A stretch of 23,855 nucleotides of DNA from Candidatus Calditenuaceae archaeon HR02 (GTDB lineage Archaea; Thermoproteota; Nitrososphaeria_A; Caldarchaeales; Calditenuaceae): the NCBI GenBank assembly GCA_002898395.1, contig BEHE01000021.1, forward strand, positions 1 through 23,855. Reading direction: 5' to 3'. A program made the position numbers and the translations under genes. The notes below the pieces were generated by a model that saw only the letters and a program-made list of their open reading frames with translations, ran no database searches and was not told where the DNA came from. Shown here piece by piece: positions 17,420 to 23,855 of the stretch. Position 1 is the stretch's first letter; each line of letters starts with the position of its first letter.

Positions 17420-18724
17420 GTGATGAGGATTATCGCAGACCTCCAGATACACTCAAGGTATAGTGGAGCCACCTCGCCGCGGATGATGCTTAATGAGATT
17501 GGGTACCACGCCTCTCTCAAAGGGGTTAACCTCTTGGGTACTGGTGACTCGCTGCACCCACAGTGGTTTAGGGAGCTTAGGAACGAGCTCCTTGAGATAG
17601 ACGACACAGGAGTCTATAGACTAAAGTCAGGTCCTAGCGACGTATTCTTCGTTATACAGACCGAGGTGGCAACAGTCCACAAGTTTAAAGGAAAGGCTAG
17701 GAGGATACACCACGTAATACTCTTCCGAGACCTTGAGACCTCAAAACAGGCAGCGGAGGCGCTTTCAAACTACGGCGACATATCCTCCGACGGGCGGCCT
17801 GTCCTTAACATCAGGCCCGTCGAGCTGGTGGAGAGGCTATTAGAGATTGACGAGGACTGTTTCATCTTTCCAGCGCACGCTTGGACTCCGTGGTGGTCGA
17901 TTTTCGGGGCTATAGGGGGTGTCGACAAGGTGGAGGAATGCTACGAGGATAGGGCCGACAAGATATATGCCATAGAGACCGGACTGAGCTCAGACCCGCC
18001 CATGAACTGGAGGGTAAGTAGCTTAGACAGGTATGTCCTCATAAGCTCTTCCGACTCCCACAGCCCCTACCCCTACCGGCTAGGGAGGGAGGCCGTCGTC
18101 CTCAACCTCGAGACACCGTCATATGAAGAGCTAGTCAAGGCTTTGAGGACCAAGGACAGGAGCAGAGTTTTGATGACGCTAGAGGTTCCGCCCAGCTATG
18201 GCAAATATCACTGGTCGGGGCATAGGAGGTGTGGTGTAGGCCCAATCCCTCCGGAAAAGGCTAGGGAGATGGATTACAGGTGTCCGCGATGTGGGAGGAG
18301 GCTTACTAAGGGGGTTGAAGATAGGGTGGAGGAGCTGGCGGACCGTCCCCGTGGATATCGCCCCCCAGACGCAATAGACTTTATTTACGTCCTGCCGCTT
18401 CAAGAGCTCCTAGCACTATCGATGAACATAGACTACACCTCTGAGACGCTGCTACAGAGCAAGAAAATCTGGAGTGAGTATAGCAGGCTAGTAAGCAAGT
18501 TTGGGAGCGAATACAATCTACTCCTAGAGACGCCTATACAAGAGTTAGCGAAGGCCTCAAACGAGCATCTAGCATCTCTCGTGAATGACATGAGGAGCGG
18601 GGAGCTGGAGATAGTGCCGGGCTACGATGGAGTTTATGGAAAAATTCTACCTAAAGCCAGGTCGCCTGTGAAGAGGGAGAAGACTGGGCAGAATAAGAGC
18701 AGTACGCTTGAGGACTATTTCTGA
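17420..18724 (+). CDS. endoQ: Endonuclease Q family (PHP domain, TIGR00375-like) DNA repair nuclease
   Basis: ADLQIHSRYSGATS, GTGDSLHP, PAHAWTPW, ETGLSSDP, SDSHS, LGRE, GKYH...HRRC...CPRCG, PGYDGVYG, C-terminal PIP-like TLEDYF. Confidence 0.88.
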   Translation: MMRIIADLQIHSRYSGATSPRMMLNEIGYHASLKGVNLLGTGDSLHPQWFRELRNELLEIDDTGVYRLKSGPSDVFFVIQTEVATVHKFKGKARRIHHVILFRDLETSKQAAEALSNYGDISSDGRPVLNIRPVELVERLLEIDEDCFIFPAHAWTPWWSIFGAIGGVDKVEECYEDRADKIYAIETGLSSDPPMNWRVSSLDRYVLISSSDSHSPYPYRLGREAVVLNLETPSYEELVKALRTKDRSRVLMTLEVPPSYGKYHWSGHRRCGVGPIPPEKAREMDYRCPRCGRRLTKGVEDRVEELADRPRGYRPPDAIDFIYVLPLQELLALSMNIDYTSETLLQSKKIWSEYSRLVSKFGSEYNLLLETPIQELAKASNEHLASLVNDMRSGELEIVPGYDGVYGKILPKARSPVKREKTGQNKSSTLEDYF

Positions 18725-18734
18725 GGACCAAAGC

Positions 18735-20648
18735 CTATCCAACCACGATTGTGTCGAGGTTCCTCGGAGTGTAGATAGAGGCTTCCAAGACCCTTCTGGC
18801 CGCCCCAGCAATCGAGTTCACCGCCTCCGGCTCACCATGGACAAATATGACATTCTGAGGCTTTGGAGAAACCCTCTTAAGATAGGAGAGTATCTGCTGC
18901 CTGCTAGAGTGTCCTGAGAAGCCGTCAACCTTCTCAACGGCTGCGGAGAGCTTAAACACCTCCTGCTTCCCCTCCTCATTTATTATGGTAACCTCCCTCA
19001 TCCCCTTCAGAATCTTCCTCCCCAGCGTCCCTTCAACCTGATAACTCACGAAAAGCAGAAGGTTCTTATCACTCTCCGACATGCTCCTTAGATAGGAGAG
19101 GACAGGGCCGCCCTCAAGCATGCCAGACGTGGCCATAACGATCATTGGCTCCCTGCTCTCAAGTATCTCCTCTCTGTGGTTCTGACTCTTCACGCTTACA
19201 AAATAGTCCGAGAAGAAGAGTGAGTCGCCACTCATGAATTCGTCCCTACTCTCAGTCGAGTAATATTCTGGGAAACAGCTATAGATGGATGTGGATTCTA
19301 TCAGTAGCCCGTCAAGTATGACTGGAACTTCAGGAATCATCTTAGACTCTATTAGGTTCTTAATCACCAGCATTATTTCCTGAGCCCTACCGACAGCCGG
19401 CACAGGGATCAAGACACTTCCACCCGAATTCACCGTGCGCGTAATATGTTCTGCAAATATACGTTCAGTCTCCTCCCGTGTGAACGGGATTGGCGTAGCC
19501 CCGTAGGTGCTCTCGATGATGAGAGTCTCCATCCTGGGGAATTTGGAAGTGGCGGGATCAAGCATACGCGTTCTCTCATACTTAAAGTCGCCGGTGTAGA
19601 CTATGTTGTGGAATCCCTCTCCTATGTGTAGGTGGGCTATGGCGGAGCCTAGAATGTGTCCCGCGTTGTAGAATGTTACTCTGATGTCGGGAGTGATATT
19701 GGTTACGACCCCGTATCGGAGTGGGACTACATGTCGTGCTGCAAGTCTGACCTCGTGCTCGCCATAGATGGGGTACTGTCCAGTCTTAGCCGCTAGGTTA
19801 AGATAGTCTAAGTGCTCCATAACCATTAGAGGCAGTGTGGGCTCGGTCATGTAGACTGGGCCTCGGTATCCATACTTGAATAGAAATGGCAGGGCGCCGT
19901 GATGGTCCATGTGTGAGTGTGTGATTATGACGGCGTCAAGCATATCGACCAAGTCGGGAAAGAAGTCCATCCTCGGCAGCATTTCCACCGGTCGGATAGC
20001 TCCAGCGCTTATACCGAAATCCATCAGGACACAGCTCTCCCGCGTCCTGACTAAGAGGGCTGAACGACCAACCTGCATCCCTCCCCCCAGAACAGTTATT
20101 GAGACTTCCCCCGGCTCAAAGAGCTGCTCCCTGAAAATCCTCTCCCCAATCTTTCGCAAAATTTCAATCCTCTCCTCCCCATCCCCATACAGATATTTCT
20201 TGACCTTCTCTAGTGTTTTGGAGGGGATGAGCGGTGTCCTTGAGACAGTGATTAGCCAGTTTATCTGCCTCTCTATGCCTGCCAGTTTATCAGGAGTCAG
20301 GAAGTTGAAGAGTTGCTGGTCATTGCTCTCAATCACAACCTCTCCCAGAATATTATCAAACGTGATATTTGCAGAATAGTTGTTAAGCGCCTCTCTCAAA
20401 AACTTCTTAGCCTCGTCCTGAGGCAACCTAATAGACTCGTCCGGCCGAATTACAACCCTTTTCTTAATCAAGTTCACAAGGTCTCTGGCAATAGAGTTCC
20501 TCTCAGCGAAGACGGAAGGCTCTGCGGTATAGATTGCGATCCTCGGCCCCTCGAAATCAATCCTTGTAACTACGCGCTCGCCCTTACCCAGCGTGACGAG
20601 ATAATTGAATATGTCTGCCCTCAGCTTGGATAGCATTCCATCTTCCAC
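18735..20648 (-). CDS. fttA: Beta-CASP ribonuclease aCPSF1 / transcription termination factor FttA
   Basis: N-terminal KH region (IDFEGPRIAIY), QVGRSA, THSHMDHHG, AGHILGS, YTGD, ESTYG, TSGMLEGGP, GFSGHS, VHGE. Alternative start at ATG 20636. Confidence 0.95.
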   Translation of the reverse strand: MEDGMLSKLRADIFNYLVTLGKGERVVTRIDFEGPRIAIYTAEPSVFAERNSIARDLVNLIKKRVVIRPDESIRLPQDEAKKFLREALNNYSANITFDNILGEVVIESNDQQLFNFLTPDKLAGIERQINWLITVSRTPLIPSKTLEKVKKYLYGDGEERIEILRKIGERIFREQLFEPGEVSITVLGGGMQVGRSALLVRTRESCVLMDFGISAGAIRPVEMLPRMDFFPDLVDMLDAVIITHSHMDHHGALPFLFKYGYRGPVYMTEPTLPLMVMEHLDYLNLAAKTGQYPIYGEHEVRLAARHVVPLRYGVVTNITPDIRVTFYNAGHILGSAIAHLHIGEGFHNIVYTGDFKYERTRMLDPATSKFPRMETLIIESTYGATPIPFTREETERIFAEHITRTVNSGGSVLIPVPAVGRAQEIMLVIKNLIESKMIPEVPVILDGLLIESTSIYSCFPEYYSTESRDEFMSGDSLFFSDYFVSVKSQNHREEILESREPMIVMATSGMLEGGPVLSYLRSMSESDKNLLLFVSYQVEGTLGRKILKGMREVTIINEEGKQEVFKLSAAVEKVDGFSGHSSRQQILSYLKRVSPKPQNVIFVHGEPEAVNSIAGAARRVLEASIYTPRNLDTIVVG

Positions 20649-20719
20649 CCTTACACAGTAAGACCTTTAACTCCCCAGGATATGCTCCGTGGGGTTCCTA
20701 AATCTGTTATCTGAGGCTC

Positions 20720-20727
20720 TATTTAAA
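20720..20727 (-). promoter_or_regulatory. TATA-like box upstream of aCPSF1
   Basis: TTTAAATA on the minus strand within the 106-bp gap. Confidence 0.35.
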
Positions 20728-20754
20728 GTGTCTCGAGACCGTATCCTCGCCCCA

Positions 20755-21543
20755 CTACTGCCCGGATACCCGCGGCTTTAGTGCCGCCTTCCAGAGGTGG
20801 ATGATGGCATAGGGTCTAGAAACTCCCTCGTCTTGCATAATCTTCTCAATCGCAGACGATACACGGGCCTCGTCCCTGTATTTGGCCACCAGCTCCCTAT
20901 ATAATGGCTCAGCTTCCTCGGTGCTTGTTGTGAGCTTAGCGATTGTCCGCGGTAGCGACCTGACATTGTCTATTTTCACTTGGAGATCGGATATTTGCTT
21001 CTTTATTTCCGCGATCTTGTTTCGATACTCTTCAACCTCGGCTTCCAGTGTTTTAAGCCGCTCGTTCTCGGCCCCGCTTAGAGTGCCTTCTCGCGATCTT
21101 AGAAATTCAACTTCTACGAGTCTGTCGAATAGCTGCTCTTCCAGCTCGCTCATCCTAGACTCCAGCTGGCCAAGGGCCTCGTTAAGAAGGTTCTCACAGG
21201 TCTGTGCCTCGCTTAGTAGAGCGTTCCTCTCGTCTGAGAGCTGGTTGAGCTTCTTCTTCACGGATCGGAGGTCAACCTCATCCCACTTCTTGAAAACCCT
21301 CTGGATTGAGCGGTCCATCTCCCGAATCTCCCTCAACTTTGCTTGAATGGCGTCAAAACTCTTCAGAGCCTCCTCATAGTTGTCTGTTGGCTGCTGGGAT
21401 GTTGGCTGAGCCTGCATTTCCTGTGGCTCTGGACCCTGCTTCTCAACCTCCTGAGCCTCCGCGAGCTCACTTACCTGCTGATCTTGCTGGACAGGCTCAG
21501 GTATTAGCCGCCTCCTAATGACTATCCGCTTCTTATCACTCAT
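20755..21543 (-). CDS. Hypothetical coiled-coil protein overlapping the JAMM gene
   Basis: ATG 21543 overlaps the JAMM 3' end by 8 bp. Basic N-terminal peptide, Q/E/P-rich linker, long heptad region, small C-terminal helical domain. Confidence 0.8.
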   Translation of the reverse strand: MSDKKRIVIRRRLIPEPVQQDQQVSELAEAQEVEKQGPEPQEMQAQPTSQQPTDNYEEALKSFDAIQAKLREIREMDRSIQRVFKKWDEVDLRSVKKKLNQLSDERNALLSEAQTCENLLNEALGQLESRMSELEEQLFDRLVEVEFLRSREGTLSGAENERLKTLEAEVEEYRNKIAEIKKQISDLQVKIDNVRSLPRTIAKLTTSTEEAEPLYRELVAKYRDEARVSSAIEKIMQDEGVSRPYAIIHLWKAALKPRVSGQ

Positions 21544-22147
21544 GTTTCTTAACACCCTCCGCCCTTAGGCCATGTAATAGAAAGTTACTGATAACTTTGA
21601 AGGGTTTAGGGACGGACATGTTATGTTCTTCATATTGGAAGATAGATGTCGTTGTGAGGCTGATGAGTGTTGATTCAAGCATCTTACGAGTTCCAGCCCC
21701 GAAGGTTACCGGAAGCTCAATTACCTGGTTATTGGCCCCAACTCTAAAGACCTTAAATAGCCCGTCTGAGATCTTTTTGGAGCCAACATATCTTGAAGGG
21801 TCAATTACTAGGGCAATGGCGTTCTGGTACAGTGCCTGATATGTTAGCTGGGTTCTAATATCTATGGGGGATAGGAATAGACCTAGTGATGGGTGGGAGT
21901 GGTACCATCCAACGATGAAGAGGGGGATTCTGTGATCGTGGAGGAATTCCGCAACCCTTGCCATCACCTCCTCACTGAGAACGACGAACCCGGGGGAGCC
22001 GGTCTGGCTTCCGGTAACAGCATCCCACACCTCGACAACCCCATTCTCCTCGGTTCCAAGCAGTAGGCCCGCCACCTCAATCTTGGGGTTGGAGAGGGCG
22101 TGGTTGATGATCTTTGCTAGTGCCGGCGGGAGCATCCTAACCCTCAT
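21536..22147 (-). CDS. rpn11: JAMM/MPN+ metalloisopeptidase, Rpn11-like
   Basis: EVAGLLLG and VGWYHSHPSLGLFLSPIDIRTQ (E...HxH-x7-S-x2-D), ALVIDP. Start placed at ATG 22147, after GGGGTGA and a TATA box (203 aa). Confidence 0.93.
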   Translation of the reverse strand: MRVRMLPPALAKIINHALSNPKIEVAGLLLGTEENGVVEVWDAVTGSQTGSPGFVVLSEEVMARVAEFLHDHRIPLFIVGWYHSHPSLGLFLSPIDIRTQLTYQALYQNAIALVIDPSRYVGSKKISDGLFKVFRVGANNQVIELPVTFGAGTRKMLESTLISLTTTSIFQYEEHNMSVPKPFKVISNFLLHGLRAEGVKKHE

Positions 22148-22175
22148 TTTCACCCCGTACCATGTAACTACCTGC

Positions 22176-22340
22176 CTATAAACCCCTAACCTACATACCT
22201 CCCGATTTCGCTCGTCCCCACTACCCAGCATCCTTTAAAAACAATTCAGACACCAACCCACACTGTACCATGTTTGCTGGGAGCGCGTATTTGTTACGTA
22301 TGTGTGCACACCACACTCACTACAGCTAATCTATTTATAG
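22176..22340. promoter_or_regulatory. Divergent promoter region between rpn11 and ubiquitin
   Basis: Identical TTTATAG boxes face outward: minus strand 22176-22182 (about 30 bp before rpn11 ATG) and plus strand 22334-22340 (about 36 bp before ubiquitin ATG). Confidence 0.55.
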
Positions 22341-22376
22341 CCCGTCCAATAAGCTGGATTAGGCGATGCGGGAATT

Positions 22377-22613
22377 ATGAAGATTAGAATAGTTCCTGCA
22401 GTGGGTGGCGGCCCACCAATAGAGCTAGATGTCCCGCCAAATGCGAGTATTGGTGCTGTGAAGATGAGGGTTTGCGCAATTAAGAAGTTGAGACCGGAGG
22501 ATGCGAGGCTCACTTTTAAAGGAAGGGCATTGAGCGACTCCGAGACCATCTCGTCCGCTGGAGTAACTGAGGGAGATAAGCTGGTTTTAATTACTAGGAC
22601 GGTTGGTGGTTAG
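22377..22613 (+). CDS. Eukaryote-type ubiquitin homologue (78 aa), ending in Gly-Gly
   Basis: Beta-grasp pattern aligns to ubiquitin with a +2 offset (RLTFKGRALSDSETI versus RLIFAGKQLEDGRTL). Ends LVLITRTVGG-stop and is followed by E2 and E1. Confidence 0.95.
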   Translation: MKIRIVPAVGGGPPIELDVPPNASIGAVKMRVCAIKKLRPEDARLTFKGRALSDSETISSAGVTEGDKLVLITRTVGG

Positions 22614-22615
22614 TT

Positions 22616-23119
22616 TTGGAGGCGTCGGAGGTTGGGTATCTGCCTGAGAGCAGGTGGGTCAGGCGCCTGGCCCAAGAATACCAGCTCATCAGGAACTATG
22701 AGCCCAACTTCGACGCTGTAGGGGGCGACCTAACACATTATAAGGGAATAATTATCGGCTCTGGAGCCTATGATGGTGGGGTATTCGTGGTGGAGATCAT
22801 TCTCCCACGCTCATTCCCCTTTGTTCCCCCCGAGGTTATCTGGCACACCAGGATATGGCATCCAAACTTCACCGATGAAGAGCCGGCCAGAATCTGTGAA
22901 TCAATACTGAACAAGGATTGGTATCCCAACATGCATATAGTCTCGGTTATTGAGGCTCTGAAAAACCTCCTCGCCAACCCAAACCCGGATGACCCGCTCA
23001 ATGTATGGGCGGCCCAAGAGTTGAAACTATATCCGGAACGTTTTATCGCCCGTGTTAGGGAGTATATCAGGCTCTACGCAACCCAGGAGCGGTCTCTTGA
23101 GAAGCTTGCCGGGATATGA
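22616..23119 (+). CDS. E2 ubiquitin-conjugating enzyme (UBC fold)
   Basis: RRLAQE, YDGGVF, FPFVPP, IWHPNF, single Cys94 in RICESIL, DWYP, LLANPNPDDPLN. TTG start. Confidence 0.95.
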   Translation: MEASEVGYLPESRWVRRLAQEYQLIRNYEPNFDAVGGDLTHYKGIIIGSGAYDGGVFVVEIILPRSFPFVPPEVIWHTRIWHPNFTDEEPARICESILNKDWYPNMHIVSVIEALKNLLANPNPDDPLNVWAAQELKLYPERFIARVREYIRLYATQERSLEKLAGI

Positions 23120-23855
23120 TAGATATGGAGAGGTACGACCGGCAGCTCCGCGTAGAGGGATGGGACCAGAACATTCTCCTATCCTCGACCGTATTTATTG
23201 CCGGTGTCGGCGCAATAGGCGGTGAAGTGGCGAAAAACCTCGCGATGATGGGTGTAGGCAAGCTAATACTCGCGGACTATGACTATGTTGAGCTAAGCAA
23301 TCTTAGCCGGCAGCTCCTATTCCGGGACCATGATATAGGCAAGGGGAAGGCTATTGTCGCAGCCGAGAGGCTACGCGAGATCAACCCTCACGTAGCAGTC
23401 GAGGCCTACGGACAAGACATCAGAGAGCTTGGAGAGGGGGTCCTCGGAGGGGTAGACGTAATCTTCTCATGCCTGGATAACTGGGCATCGAGGAGATGGC
23501 TGAACTCTGTTGCTGTCAGCCTTGATAAACCCCTGGTAGACGGCGCCATGAACGGGTTTTACGGAAACGTGCAGGTGGTTTTCCCAAGGAAGACGGCATG
23601 CCTCGAGTGTCAGAGCATCAACCTCATACCTAGGGAGGAGAAGCTGGCAGAATGCACGCTTAAGAGGAGGAAGCCTGAGCACCTAGTCAACGATCTAAAG
23701 GAGCATGGAATCACGGTAGGGCTGGAGGAGGCTGAGAAGCTCTTCCAACTCAATATAAAGACGATCTACGACATAAAATACACGAGGCTAGACATGATAG
23801 CCGAGCTGGCTGGTGACAAGACATTAAGACTGATAGAGGAGCTGCGCTCGAGGCT
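23116..23855 (+). CDS. E1 ubiquitin-activating enzyme (ThiF/UBA family), truncated by the window edge; absent from the ORF track
   Basis: Manual translation from ATG 23116 (ATGA overlap with the E2 stop; alternative start 23125): MIDMERYDRQLRVEGWDQ...AGVGAIGGEVAKNL...DYDYVELSNLSRQLLF...GKGKA...CLDNWASR...TACLEC...AECTLKRRKPEH. Frame is open to 23855. Confidence 0.95.
   Translation, partial: MIDMERYDRQLRVEGWDQNILLSSTVFIAGVGAIGGEVAKNLAMMGVGKLILADYDYVELSNLSRQLLFRDHDIGKGKAIVAAERLREINPHVAVEAYGQDIRELGEGVLGGVDVIFSCLDNWASRRWLNSVAVSLDKPLVDGAMNGFYGNVQVVFPRKTACLECQSINLIPREEKLAECTLKRRKPEHLVNDLKEHGITVGLEEAEKLFQLNIKTIYDIKYTRLDMIAELAGDKTLRLIEELRSR

Noticed and set aside
22148-22231. 28-aa N-terminal extension of the JAMM protein given in the ORF track
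   Set aside because: It spans the likely TATA box. The MPN fold begins at MRVRM (22147).
22611-22721. Amber read-through of the ubiquitin TAG to give a propeptide
   Set aside because: The extension (FWRRRRLG...) lies out of frame inside E2, does not resemble a known propeptide, and no pyrrolysine genes are seen in the window.
415-23682. Numerous 60-156 aa antisense or alternate-frame ORFs in the track
   Set aside because: They are shadows of well-supported genes, often Ser-rich, with no motifs.

Overview
Archaeal chromosomal DNA, by inference from a thermophilic TACK lineage, most likely Aigarchaeota/Caldarchaeales. Core genes: HTH-ferritin-like regulator, HIT hydrolase, Taw1/TYW1, aspartate kinase, PriS, DedA/VTT protein, SAM methyltransferase, CitG-like protein, a gins23-mcm-hel308 operon, CBS protein, large anchored surface protein, EndoQ and aCPSF1/FttA. 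The right end holds a eukaryote-type ubiquitin locus: Rpn11-like JAMM protease divergent from ubiquitin, E2 and E1. The E1 is cut by the window edge and is missing from the ORF track. This system is already described in Ca. Caldiarchaeum subterraneum, so it is not new as such. Less familiar points: the ubiquitin ends directly in GG with no propeptide; a coiled-coil protein with a possible UBA-like tail overlaps the JAMM gene; and a ~190-nt non-coding rod-like hairpin (6333-6520) has strand-specific G-U pairing and a second, inverted copy (99 bp identical) at the left edge. All calls come from reading motifs by eye; no searches or folding programs were run.
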